Assembly (NCBI GenBank): GCA_964350985.1 | Contig: CAYGLK010000001.1 | Span: 228,528-292,527 of the forward strand | DNA length: 64,000 bases | Direction: 5' to 3' | DNA from: an uncultured Candidatus Saccharibacteria bacterium | Lineage (GTDB): Bacteria; Patescibacteriota; Minisyncoccia; Phycocordibacterales; UBA918 | Shown: positions 29,765 through 39,483 of the stretch, piece by piece | Numbering within the stretch: position 1 is the first letter of the stretch | How the letters are laid out: each line of letters opens with the position of its first letter | Translations under genes and position numbers: made by a program | Notes under the pieces: generated by a model | The model's input: the letters and a program-made list of their open reading frames with translations, nothing else | What the model was told of the DNA's origin: nothing | Database searches by the model: none

Positions 29765-30197
29765 AATATGAATCTGCGTCTGGTTCTATTACCTTACTCT
29801 GTCCAAGTATTTTCTCAAGTTTTCGAAGCGTAGTTATATTTTCATGATACTGCGGTAACACCTTAGCAACCTCGGCCCAGAAGTTTGGTCCGTGATTCAT
29901 TTCTTTTAGATGACACAGTTCATGAACAACAACATAGTCACAGAGCTCTTGAGGTAAGAAAACCAAACGATAACTAAAGTTTAGATTTCCTTTTGAAGAA
30001 CAACTACCCCAACGACGTCGCTGGTTGCGTATCGCCACTCTTTTAAAAGTGACCTCACAAAGCGGTTGCCAAAAAGCTAAGCGTTCTTTGATAATAATAC
30101 GAGCTATCTCTTTGTGGTCCTCGTAATGTTTATCTGGCTTAGCTTTTTTCCTAACTCTTCTTTTTTGAAGCCTAACTAAAAACTTTCGCAGTCGCAT
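29736..30197 (-). CDS. DUF45/YgjP-like M48-type metal-dependent hydrolase
   Basis: HELCH...NHGPNFW motif. Confidence 0.6.
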   Translation of the reverse strand: MRLRKFLVRLQKRRVRKKAKPDKHYEDHKEIARIIIKERLAFWQPLCEVTFKRVAIRNQRRRWGSCSSKGNLNFSYRLVFLPQELCDYVVVHELCHLKEMNHGPNFWAEVAKVLPQYHENITTLRKLEKILGQSKVIEPDADSYYALRQPTTK

Positions 30198-30217
30198 GGT
30201 AAATCTAGTTTGAAATA

Positions 30218-31912
30218 TTATTGCTTCATTTGTTCCATCGCTCTAACCAGTCGAATTATATTGTAGTCGTACTTCCCTTTAGTTTCTTCAAACAGTGGCT
30301 TTAGAATCTCACTACCCTTCTTGGCTATCGCCGCTTCAATATCTTTTTTTGCTTTTGTACTCCAACCGGGTTCATTTTCAGCAATTGTCTTAAGTTCAGC
30401 TAAGGTCAAGTCTCCGTTTTGCGCTAGAGTTTCTACATGGCTGATGATAGTAGAGACGGTAAACTTCCTTGCTTCAGCTACTTTTTTAATACTCTTTAGT
30501 TTTTGGAGTAGTTGCTTTGTTTCCACTTGAGTACTCTCCTTTCGAATCCTTTCAACTGGATTTTTTGCTGCTACTAAGTCAGCTTTGGTTGGGATTCTTC
30601 CGCCATTAGCTAATACAAATCTTTCGTGCATTTTAGCTAACTCAGCTTGTTCTATTTCGGCAAAAGTTTCTTCAGCGTCTTCAGATTCACTATTAAAACG
30701 TTTATCTTGATTTAGAACTTTTGGATCTACCATCAGGGCGTTGGCGTTCATTCCTAGTACCTTAAGGCCAGCTAGTGAACGGACACGAGAAAGAGCTACA
30801 TAGCCTTGTCCGTAGACAAATGACTTAGATAAGTCTACTTCAGCAGCATCTAGCGACATTCCTTGACTTTTGTGGACGGTAATGGCCCAAGCAAGTCTAA
30901 GTGGCAGCTGCTCAATTGAAGCTAGGATTTTTCCTTCTTCGGCCAATTCCCAACTAGCTGGTTCAATTGTAATTTTTCTTTTGTCAGCCGTCTCAATGAT
31001 CGGATGTCCGGCATAGCTATCAAATCCGACAACTCGAGCTAAAGTCCCGTTTACATACCCGGCTTCAAAGTTATTTTTGGTACACATCACCATGGCGTTT
31101 TCTTTGAGGAAAAGAGTTTCTGGAGAAAGACAGTTACGAGCTAAAGATTCATGGTACACCTTACTTCCTCTGGTAGTCATCTTATATGACTTACTACTAG
31201 TAGTTAATTCTGCTAGTTTGGCAGAATTAACAGCATCAACGTCAGCGTTGTGAGTATATAGACGAGTTGGTTCAATTTCTTCGTATTCGATGGCAGTTTG
31301 TTCATTAAGTAGAGTGTAGTGTTCTTCTTCAATCTCTCCTCTACGGATAGAACCAAGCAGACTCAAAAGAAGTTCATCCTCTTGTCGGTATTGTTCAGTG
31401 ATGTAGCACACTAGAGGTCGTAGGTGTTCCCAGGCACGAGATTCAAAAGCGTAACGCATCATATCGCCTTGTCTAGCGATCGGTGGAAGTTGGAAAAAGT
31501 CACCCACGCAGATGACCTGCATACCGCCAAAAGCTTCTTGTGAGTCACGGATCGTGCGACAGATAATGTCGACCATATCAAGGAGCTTGCCATCAAGCAT
31601 TGAAATCTCGTCGATGATCAGAACTTTATTTTTCTTAACTCGCTTCACTAGTTTTTCACGAGAGACAATCTGATCAAGATCATAGGCAGTGAGAGTGTCT
31701 CGTGCTCCTACTCCACTCCAAGAATGAATCGTCATTCCCCCAATGTGAGTAGCTGCAATTCCGGTTGAAGCTGTGACAGCGACTGATACCTGAGCGGCAT
31801 CTAGCCACTCAATGTACTTATTGATGACGTAAGTTTTTCCAGCTCCAGGTTCTCCAGTAAGAAAAACGTTAGCACCAGTTTTTAGAATTGATAAAGCAGT
31901 CTCTTGTGTCAT
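30218..31912 (-). CDS. PIF1/RecD-family ATP-dependent DNA helicase
   Basis: Walker A GEPGAGKT, Walker B LIIDEISM, SF1 motifs, C-terminal helical extension. Confidence 0.7.
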   Translation of the reverse strand: MTQETALSILKTGANVFLTGEPGAGKTYVINKYIEWLDAAQVSVAVTASTGIAATHIGGMTIHSWSGVGARDTLTAYDLDQIVSREKLVKRVKKNKVLIIDEISMLDGKLLDMVDIICRTIRDSQEAFGGMQVICVGDFFQLPPIARQGDMMRYAFESRAWEHLRPLVCYITEQYRQEDELLLSLLGSIRRGEIEEEHYTLLNEQTAIEYEEIEPTRLYTHNADVDAVNSAKLAELTTSSKSYKMTTRGSKVYHESLARNCLSPETLFLKENAMVMCTKNNFEAGYVNGTLARVVGFDSYAGHPIIETADKRKITIEPASWELAEEGKILASIEQLPLRLAWAITVHKSQGMSLDAAEVDLSKSFVYGQGYVALSRVRSLAGLKVLGMNANALMVDPKVLNQDKRFNSESEDAEETFAEIEQAELAKMHERFVLANGGRIPTKADLVAAKNPVERIRKESTQVETKQLLQKLKSIKKVAEARKFTVSTIISHVETLAQNGDLTLAELKTIAENEPGWSTKAKKDIEAAIAKKGSEILKPLFEETKGKYDYNIIRLVRAMEQMKQ

Positions 31913-31961
31913 GTGGGAATAAGATTAACATATTTTGTCTTGGGTAGGTTAAAATAGAATT

Positions 31962-33881
31962 ATGAAAAACAGTTCTTCTTTTAGTATTCCGATTACTAAC
32001 GCAACAGCTAATAGTACTAAGCCTGTCTTACCTAAAAAGGCACCGGCACCGAAGAAAGTAGCTAAGGCTAAAACAGTACCTAAAGCTCCGGCTACAAAGC
32101 CCAAAGCAGTTAAGGCGGAAAAACAAAGTAGTAAAACTAATGCTACTAAAAAAGCTAGTTTAGATATATCTAAGCAGCCTATTATTAAGCGAAACCCACT
32201 CGGCCACCTCTTGATTGAAAAAATGTTCCGTGAAGCCGGCTTTCGTGGTGGCATTTCTAGTGATAAAAAGATTTTAGATAAGTACAGTACTGACGAAAGT
32301 ATCTTCTCTATTCGACCACAGGTAGTAATTCAACCTAAGAATAAAAAAGATGTTGAGGTGGCTGTAGAAGTTATTGCTAGAGAAACTAAACGCTTCTCTT
32401 CCCTGTCTCTGACTCCGCGAGCTGCTGGTACTGGTCTCAGTGGAGGCTCACTAACTGACTCTATTGTAATGGACGTCTGTGCCCACCTACATAAAATTGG
32501 AGAAGTAATCGAGAAAAAAGACGAAGTCTATTTTAGTTGCGAACCAGGAGCGATGTGGCGTGATGTTGAGAAGAAATTAAAAGCTCATGGAGTTTATTTA
32601 CCCTCTTATACTTCCTCAAAAGATATTTGTAGTATCGGCGGTTCTATTGGTAACAACGCAGCTGGTCCTGATTCACTACGTTATGGTCACTGTGCTGATT
32701 GGGTGAAGTCACTTGACGTTGTCTTAGCAGATGGAAAGACATATACGATTGAGCCACTTTCATATAAAGAATTTAAAACCTTGACTAAGGGTAAAAACGA
32801 ATACGCGCGTATTGCTCGGGAGGTATTCGCTTTAATAGAGAAAAACGAAAAGGCTATTTTAGCTGGAAAACCTAAGACTAAGAAAAACACTGCCGGGTAT
32901 TCACTGTGGCATGTATTTAGTGACGGAGTCGCTGCTTTTAAGAAAGGAAAAGGTACTTTTGATCTCACTCGTATTGTCTGTGGTAGTCAAGGATCAGTTG
33001 GTATTGTTACCAGTATCACAATGCGTACTATACCAATTCAAAAAGACACCACTCTTTTGGTTGTGCCAATCTTTGATCTTGATGAAGCTGCTAAAGTTGT
33101 TTTGAAGACACTCAAGTACAATCCAATTAATGTCGAATTATTTGACGGTCTTTCGTTCGATTTGGCGTTGAAAAACCCTGACTTCTTTAAGAAGCGTCTT
33201 TCAGGCATGGATTATTACCGAACAATGCTAAATATGTATGCTACTTATCATATTCGCTATGGCCGCAAGACTCCTGAGTTCACCATTTTGATTACTTTAG
33301 ATAAAGAAACGGTTGATAAAACTCCAAAGGCAGAAATTATTAAGAGTATTAGTACACTAAAGACTCGAGCTCGTGTTGTTACAAACAAAATTGAAGCTGA
33401 GATGTTATGGCAAATCCGTCGAGCCAGCTTTACTCTTTCTAAGTTCCAAGATGTCACTAAGCGTCCGGCAGCCTTTCTTGAAGATATGACGGTACCTCCA
33501 GAAAATCTGTCAAAGTTCTTTACAGAAGTTAAACGACTACTTAAGGAATTTAATGTTACAGCGGCCGTGCATGGACATGGTGCTAACGGACACTTCCACT
33601 TCTATCCCCTACTTGATTTCACTAATAAGACTACGCCGCTATTAGTAGAACGTATGGCTGAAAAATTTTATTCAACAGCGGTAAAATTTAAGGGAGACTT
33701 CTGTGGTGAACACAATGACGGTATTATCCGTACTCCTTTTCTAAATAAAATGTTTTCAAAACAAGTTTTAGAACTGTTTGTAAAGACTGAAGATATCTTT
33801 GATCCTGAGGATATATTTAACCCAGGAAAAAAGGTCAATCCACGCTTTGATATCAAGACCACGATGCGTAAGACGAACTAA
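31962..33881 (+). CDS. FAD-linked oxidase (GlcD / D-lactate dehydrogenase family) with Lys/Ala/Pro-rich N-terminal tail
   Basis: FAD-binding PCMH-type motif PRAAGTGLSGGS; about 60-aa KAPAPKK-type low-complexity N-terminus; antisense ORF 31949-32254 judged spurious. Confidence 0.65.
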   Translation: MKNSSSFSIPITNATANSTKPVLPKKAPAPKKVAKAKTVPKAPATKPKAVKAEKQSSKTNATKKASLDISKQPIIKRNPLGHLLIEKMFREAGFRGGISSDKKILDKYSTDESIFSIRPQVVIQPKNKKDVEVAVEVIARETKRFSSLSLTPRAAGTGLSGGSLTDSIVMDVCAHLHKIGEVIEKKDEVYFSCEPGAMWRDVEKKLKAHGVYLPSYTSSKDICSIGGSIGNNAAGPDSLRYGHCADWVKSLDVVLADGKTYTIEPLSYKEFKTLTKGKNEYARIAREVFALIEKNEKAILAGKPKTKKNTAGYSLWHVFSDGVAAFKKGKGTFDLTRIVCGSQGSVGIVTSITMRTIPIQKDTTLLVVPIFDLDEAAKVVLKTLKYNPINVELFDGLSFDLALKNPDFFKKRLSGMDYYRTMLNMYATYHIRYGRKTPEFTILITLDKETVDKTPKAEIIKSISTLKTRARVVTNKIEAEMLWQIRRASFTLSKFQDVTKRPAAFLEDMTVPPENLSKFFTEVKRLLKEFNVTAAVHGHGANGHFHFYPLLDFTNKTTPLLVERMAEKFYSTAVKFKGDFCGEHNDGIIRTPFLNKMFSKQVLELFVKTEDIFDPEDIFNPGKKVNPRFDIKTTMRKTN

Positions 33882-33968
33882 ACACCCTGCCCCTTCACTA
33901 TTTTGGCATTTTCTGCTATAAATATGCCACCTTACAAAAAGCCCAGAGCTTATTGTAATGAGTATTAT

Positions 33969-34040
33969 GGTCCCATCGTCTAACGGTCAGGACATCAGGT
34001 TTTCATCCTGGAAATCGGAGTTCGATTCTCCGTGGGATCA
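33969..34040 (+). tRNA. tRNA-Glu (anticodon UUC)
   Basis: hand-folded cloverleaf: acceptor ggtccca/tgggatc, anticodon loop ttTTCat, T-arm cggag-ttcgatt-ctccg; followed by a terminator hairpin gcaccc-gttt-gggtgc + T-run. Confidence 0.75.
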
Positions 34041-34218
34041 CGAGTACAAAAATGCGCACCCGTTTGGGTGCCATTTTTGTACGTGACCCAAGAGAAAAGT
34101 GCATTTGCACTTTTCGTGAGAATCGAACCGCCGGAGCGATGTGAGCTTGCGAACGAGTGAGGTGTATCCCGCGGCACTTGCTAATTTATGAGTGGAACGA
34201 AATAAACTAGCTTTGTGA

Positions 34219-34244
34219 CCGTCAGGATCATTCTCCGTGGGATC
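34219..34244 (+). repeat. duplicated tRNA-Glu 3'-end fragment (att-like scar)
   Basis: ccgtcagga..attctccgtgggatc reproduces 8 nt of the D-loop plus the last 15 nt of the tRNA. Confidence 0.5.
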
Positions 34245-34303
34245 TAATTTAAAAAAGGACCCAGACCTAAGCCTGGGTACCCTTCACCAACAATGGTGAT
34301 GTT

Positions 34304-35143
34304 TCAACGGTTCGGAGTAACTCGCAAAAGCCGCACTGACACAATTTCGTAGTTGATCACCCCAAGGATTGCACCGGTGACGGCGCCAATGATGGCGCTG
34401 CCAAACGAGTATCCAATGACAGCGCCAATCGTTGCATCAACGAAACAGACTGTACGTCGTTGTGAGTGGATGAAGACAAACACACTAACGGCAAATTGGG
34501 AGGTTGCCCGCCACACTTCGCGCCCTCTTGTGATTACAGTTGGCACCGCGCGTTTGATTGCTGGCGGCGACTCTACTGCAGCCTTCTTCAATCCGCGCAA
34601 GGCTGCAACTGTCACAGCGATTGGATTGAATTTGAGAAACAGGCTCTTTCCTGTCTCAACGATAGAACTAAGTAGCTCGTCACGCCTAGCCGGGCTAGCG
34701 TCCTTCTCGGATTGCAAAATCATAGCTATTACACCCCAGGCGTAGAGAACTGCAAACGCTGAAATCCATAGCACGCAATACAACGTGAACAAAATACCCG
34801 ACATAGGAATGTCGTCATTGAAAAACACAAACACTGGGCAGACAAGAGCTGACAAAGAACAAACTGTCGTGACTGTGCCGCCTGCGAATGTTCCGAAGGC
34901 CTTCCACCAAAGCCGATCAGGGCGCCAGGTGATCGTGCTGTGGTATGAGTGAGCAACTCCGGAGCAGAAGTGCCTAAAGTCGATCGCGACGTATGCCGCG
35001 ATACCGCCAGCTAGTGCACCAATGCCCCACAGACTTGATCCATACTCGAATCTTATCGAGATCTCAAGAGCCGTCAATGTGCCGATGAGAGCGCCGAGAG
35101 CACACGCAAAGGCGATCGAAAGCCAACCACTTGTCATCTTCAT
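34304..35143 (-). CDS. polytopic membrane protein, unknown (GC-rich islet, about 53% GC)
   Basis: 279 aa, 6-8 hydrophobic helices; antisense ORFs judged spurious. Confidence 0.45.
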   Translation of the reverse strand: MKMTSGWLSIAFACALGALIGTLTALEISIRFEYGSSLWGIGALAGGIAAYVAIDFRHFCSGVAHSYHSTITWRPDRLWWKAFGTFAGGTVTTVCSLSALVCPVFVFFNDDIPMSGILFTLYCVLWISAFAVLYAWGVIAMILQSEKDASPARRDELLSSIVETGKSLFLKFNPIAVTVAALRGLKKAAVESPPAIKRAVPTVITRGREVWRATSQFAVSVFVFIHSQRRTVCFVDATIGAVIGYSFGSAIIGAVTGAILGVINYEIVSVRLLRVTPNR

Positions 35144-35357
35144 GGTTTCCTCTACTTTTCTTATCTAGGCACATGCCTAGATTTCTATAATTTTATACCA
35201 CACTTAATCTAACCCTTCAATAGCTACGTAATAGTTCGATATCTAGGTGACCGTCATCACATTGTTGTCATGACGATCTTCTGCGCCACCGACGAATGAA
35301 CTCAACGCCGGTGCGTCACCCCCCGCATATTTGCGGATGTTGTTGTTTATTACATCT

Positions 35358-35812
35358 TTTACAATCCGGTTCCAATTCGTACTACATAGGGTCACAGAGG
35401 TAAGAAAATAACCACAAAGCAAATGCTTTGTGGTTATTTTCTTAGCAAAGCAACTTGAGTCGCTTGCGGCCTCTGTGACAGACGGAGACATGTTTTGACT
35501 ATTCCTAATGTCAAAACAACCGAGTCCGGGTAGGTGAGAAATGGGACTGTCACAATTATTTAAAACGTTAAAATTCCACACTTGTTTTACAATCCAGTTT
35601 CAATTCGTACTACATAGGGCCACACAGGTATAAACAAAGGCACTACTTCTTAAGAAGCAGCGTTTTGTTTAATAGAAAGCAAATGACTTTGCTTTCGTAC
35701 CGATGTGATTAGCGGAGCGATCTTTTCTGCTCTTCCCTAAAGCAGAAAAGGAGTGAGCTGGGTGAGAAATGGGCTTGGACCTATTTCGCAAGACTCATTG
35801 AGGTATATTTTG
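35358..35812. repeat. two tandem about 228-bp noncoding units, each with a conserved 46-mer (ttttacaatccRgtTYcaattcgtactacataggg..cacaSaggta) and different hairpins
   Basis: 46-mers at 35358-35403 and 35585-35630; ggtgagaaatggg at 35533 and 35761; terminator-like hairpins aaccacaaagc-aaat-gctttgtggtt and cttcttaagaag. Confidence 0.6.
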
Positions 35813-36033
35813 AATTTATGAAAAATTACCCAATGAGTGGACAGAATCTGTAAGATTCGAGAACGCTTAGTAGAATCTGCACGAAGTGTAAGATTATACT
35901 TAGTAACTCGTGACCACAATTACACAATAAATTATTGAAATATTGTCTCTGTCCCCTTTTACTCTAAACTGAAAGAGTAAAACAATTTTGTAATCGATTA
36001 AAAAGATCTTTTGATGAAACTTTAATCCTCTTT

Positions 36034-36558
36034 GTGGAGTTAAATTATATACAAGATATGAGAAAAATTATTTTAATTCGAGGAGCGATAGCAGCTGGAA
36101 AATCGAGCCTAGTGAAAGAATTGCAAAGACTTCTTAATGACGTCAGTGTTATTGATATGGATGCTTTTAAGAGAATGATTGATTACAAGTCACCGTCACT
36201 ATGGAGGACAAGTACAGCTTTTAATACAGCACTATTTCTTGCCGAGAAGCTAATGTTACTAGACAGAACTATTGTAGTAGACATACATTCTTCCAAAGAG
36301 TATCAGTTTTTAGAGTACCAAGCATTAGCAAAGAAAAATAATTACGAGATGGTATCTTTTTTATTATACCCTCCCCTGCAAGTATGTTTAGAACGTAATA
36401 GATCCAGGATAATCACGGATGTTATTTACAAAATTACTGATGATACTGTTAAGGAGTATTGGGAAGAGTTATTTAAGGTTGAGGGTGAAAAGGTATATGA
36501 CACAAGTGATTTCACCCCAGAAACTGTAGCTAAAGATATTGTTACTTACTTAACTTAA
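36034..36558 (+). CDS. P-loop NTPase, AAA_33/zeta-toxin-like kinase fold
   Basis: Walker A RGAIAAGKSS; AT-rich. Confidence 0.5.
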   Translation: MELNYIQDMRKIILIRGAIAAGKSSLVKELQRLLNDVSVIDMDAFKRMIDYKSPSLWRTSTAFNTALFLAEKLMLLDRTIVVDIHSSKEYQFLEYQALAKKNNYEMVSFLLYPPLQVCLERNRSRIITDVIYKITDDTVKEYWEELFKVEGEKVYDTSDFTPETVAKDIVTYLT

Positions 36559-36620
36559 CTTTCACTTATATTCATCAGATCCTTAATATTTTATAGAACT
36601 TGGGCCAAATCAGTACTAGA

Positions 36621-37061
36621 TTAGAGCTCGCCAAATAATAATCTATAAATAGCGACTACTAAAGTTGGTTTCTGTTTAAAATTTAAATGATTGTTTTCAT
36701 TATTTGCAAAATTTCGTAAATCTTCTCTGGTCCAACCTCTATACTTTGACATCTGCTCTTGGACTTTTGCCTCCATGGGCTTTGAACTTTTTGCAGTCTG
36801 ATAAATTTTTTCAAAAGCAACATTAGTTCCAGATATGCTCTCTCTCGCCTGTCTAAACACTTCTTCAAAAAAATTCTCCTTGTTTGCAACTGATCCAAGT
36901 ATTGAAGATACTTCTGTGCTAACACTATCTGCTTCACTTTCATCTGTACTCCTTGCCTCAGCTGGAAGGTGTTCTTTTTTAAGCGGTTTTTCTCCCCAAG
37001 GACCTTTTATTACGTTGTTAGGATTATTAAATTTTTCAGACATGATGAATTTTATTAACAT
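36621..37061 (-). CDS. hypothetical protein
   Basis: 146 aa, no recognised motif. Confidence 0.3.
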   Translation of the reverse strand: MLIKFIMSEKFNNPNNVIKGPWGEKPLKKEHLPAEARSTDESEADSVSTEVSSILGSVANKENFFEEVFRQARESISGTNVAFEKIYQTAKSSKPMEAKVQEQMSKYRGWTREDLRNFANNENNHLNFKQKPTLVVAIYRLLFGEL

Positions 37062-37275
37062 TATTATAACATCAAGATGTAGTGTTAATAAATTTATTAT
37101 CTAAATTTTGGTAATAACACTGTTTGAACAACCCAGGAACCCCACGTTATTGCAAATAAATAGAGCTTTTATCCTATTGGTGCAACAACCTCATTTATTA
37201 TTATATCCAAGCATTGGGAAGGTTTCCGATTGATTTATCGTAAAGAAGGTAGGGATCTCACAGTTACACAAAAGA

Positions 37276-37303
37276 TTGACATGATAGCATTTATATGCTA
37301 TCA
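37276..37303 (+). promoter_or_regulatory. promoter with embedded perfect 9-bp inverted repeat operator (TGATAGCAT-ttata-ATGCTATCA)
   Basis: TTGACA-N17-TATCAT with the palindrome filling the spacer, 35 nt upstream of the 37339 ATG. Confidence 0.5.
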
Positions 37304-37338
37304 TTTTAGAGAATCGAACTTCAACAAGGAGAGTTCCG

Positions 37339-37770
37339 ATGAGGTCTTTTACACGATTTGTTGACAAACTCCCCTTTGCTGGGAAAATGTCAATCAAACC
37401 ATTGGTCTTTAGCTTGTATCAGAGCACAACACGATTTGAGAGAAAAAAGAAGTATCGCAATCTCAGTATTTTCTTGTTTCTCTTTGCTTTGCTACACGTC
37501 GTTCAGCTGAATATGGGCATTCAGGCACTGCACTTTACCTCGCCTGTGTGGGCAAAGGTAGTCAGCTTCCTCTACGCAGCTGCGAACTTTGCCGTTGTCG
37601 TCACACAGTTCCATTTGCTTTATCGTGTAACTCGTTTTTACTTCAAGGGTTCATACCCTCGTGGTAAAGTAAGTTATTGTGAGCATACTGGGACCGAGAT
37701 GCTTACAATGTTGGCAGTAACATTGATAGGGCAAATCATTTTTCTCTCACAGTACAATTGGTACAACTGA
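37339..37770 (+). CDS. membrane protein, unknown
   Basis: 143 aa, 3-4 TM; strong GC hairpin terminator at about 37780-37818 (cccggacggcccgcc..ggtgggccgtccgg). Confidence 0.4.
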   Translation: MRSFTRFVDKLPFAGKMSIKPLVFSLYQSTTRFERKKKYRNLSIFLFLFALLHVVQLNMGIQALHFTSPVWAKVVSFLYAAANFAVVVTQFHLLYRVTRFYFKGSYPRGKVSYCEHTGTEMLTMLAVTLIGQIIFLSQYNWYN

Positions 37771-37904
37771 TCCTCACTGTTCCCGGACGGCCCGCCTTTA
37801 AGGTGGGCCGTCCGGAGATTCAAAATTGCTCTACCTTCTAGGTACGAGCGTTTTTTTATATTATCTATATAGACCTTTCTAAGAGCATTAGTTATCTGTC
37901 ATAT

Positions 37905-38483
37905 TCAATCCAAACACTCCTCCAACAATTCTGGAAACTTATCAGTACCCATGTTTTCAAGACAAAAATGGCCATAGTCTTTGAACTCCTTATATTTAAT
38001 ACCGCTTACCTTTTGTTTGAGTATCTGTACTGATTTTTGGACTTGCACATGGTCGTCACTTGAATTAAAAATTGTGACTCCCTTCGTGCGATCTACAAGA
38101 TTAGAGTCAATCTCAAAATGAAAGAAATCAGCCGTGTCGGGCTTTGCTTTATCTTGTGGATTTATCCAGGGTGCCACTAATACAACCTTCCCTACTTTTA
38201 CATTTTTATTTTCACTTAACCAACGCACCAAAAATCCCCCACCGCAGCTATGTCCAACTAATACTGTGTCTGGCCCAATTTCAAATCTCTCTAACTCTTT
38301 TTTCCAGACGTCATATCTTGGCTGCCAAGGTCTAGGTATTTCTAGCGCTACTGCAAAAACTTCATTAATTTGAAGATGTTTTGAAAGCCAAGGAAACCAA
38401 AGGCTATTGCTATTTGTTGGAAAATCTGGAGAATAATATTCTTCTTTATCTGGGCTTCCTGGAACCAATATTGCATTTCTCAT
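37905..38483 (-). CDS. alpha/beta serine hydrolase, YdeN/RBBP9-like
   Basis: GHSCGG nucleophile elbow, about 190 aa, C-terminal DYGHF. Confidence 0.6.
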   Translation of the reverse strand: MRNAILVPGSPDKEEYYSPDFPTNSNSLWFPWLSKHLQINEVFAVALEIPRPWQPRYDVWKKELERFEIGPDTVLVGHSCGGGFLVRWLSENKNVKVGKVVLVAPWINPQDKAKPDTADFFHFEIDSNLVDRTKGVTIFNSSDDHVQVQKSVQILKQKVSGIKYKEFKDYGHFCLENMGTDKFPELLEECLD

Positions 38484-38588
38484 AATATAGATTCTAGCAG
38501 GTTGGCAAGTCGCAAGAAAGCCTTAATTGAAATTAAAAAACCATGGGACACTTTCGCGTCCTCATGGTTGCTGGCCTCATGAACCTTG

Positions 38589-38807
38589 TCAGAGTTGGTG
38601 CAGGAAGCGGTTGATTCGTTCCTGATCCTTCTCTTTCCATTGCTCGTAAGTCAGTCCGCCGGAGCCAACTGGATTTGAGCAGGGTTGTCTACCTTTCTGC
38701 CCCCATCCTCCTGGAGTAGAATCCTCCGCTCCGCAGTTGACACAGACGGCGTCACGAAGTGACGAGTCCGAAAAACGTGTTACGTGGCTTGGGTGTAGCT
38801 CATTCAT
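38589..38807 (-). CDS. small GC-rich ORF, possible zinc-ribbon peptide
   Basis: CVNCG...C; about 55% GC; weak. Confidence 0.2.
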   Translation of the reverse strand: MNELHPSHVTRFSDSSLRDAVCVNCGAEDSTPGGWGQKGRQPCSNPVGSGGLTYEQWKEKDQERINRFLHQL

Positions 38808-38943
38808 GTTGCTCTCCTTGCACGGTAAATAACTGCAAATTTATCGTATATCAACATGTCTTCCGTGTAAAGTTTTTGAGTTTTGACAAAAGACTCTCTG
38901 TTGTTAGTATAAATATATTACTCCTCACTAAATAAATCTAAAT

Positions 38944-39483
38944 ATGCATACAAAATACGATCTAGAAACGGTAAAAGCATTAGTAGTTGTCTCAGCTAAG
39001 GAACACGGAAAGATATACGTCCTTGAAAATGGAGGCCTTAAAGGATTGTCGTACACAGAAGAACATCCGCCTACATACAGTGATAATGAAGGATTCTTAA
39101 CTCGTTCAACTGGAGGTCAACAACTAGGAAGTGGTAACGTGCTAGAAGATGCCGATGAACATAATTTACAGAAGTACATAAAAGCAATTACTACAGAATT
39201 GCGTGAAGTCGTCTTGAAGCATTCGCCGGAAGTTGTTTTTGTGATTGAACCAGAACATCTAAAGGGTCAGATAAAAACAAACTTAGTGGTTGATAATAAG
39301 ACTGCGGTAGAAGAGATTGCTTATGGTAACTATGTAGAAAAAGACACAGAAGTGATTTTTGATCTGGTACGTAAAGCTTTGACTGAAAGTAAAGATCCGA
39401 CTGACCCAGACTCAGTAGCTGCCGGAGAAAACGCTGAAGAAAAAAGAAAAATTCTAGAAGTTGGAAAAGAAGTTTCCGGGTAA
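38944..39483 (+). CDS. hypothetical protein
   Basis: 179 aa, acidic, no recognised motif. Confidence 0.35.
   Translation: MHTKYDLETVKALVVVSAKEHGKIYVLENGGLKGLSYTEEHPPTYSDNEGFLTRSTGGQQLGSGNVLEDADEHNLQKYIKAITTELREVVLKHSPEVVFVIEPEHLKGQIKTNLVVDNKTAVEEIAYGNYVEKDTEVIFDLVRKALTESKDPTDPDSVAAGENAEEKRKILEVGKEVSG

Noticed and set aside
31949-32254. 101-aa minus-strand ORF
   Set aside because: It is antisense to the Lys/Ala-rich tail of the FAD oxidase, and the low-complexity mirror image creates an open frame.
34100-34200. Possible second tRNA on the minus strand (T-loop-like gaatcgaaccg)
   Set aside because: I could not fold a complete cloverleaf. The 3' T-stem does not pair, so it is treated as a degraded fragment only.
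35243-35581. 112-aa minus-strand ORF
   Set aside because: It spans the tandem noncoding repeat and hairpins and has no RBS, so it is judged noncoding.
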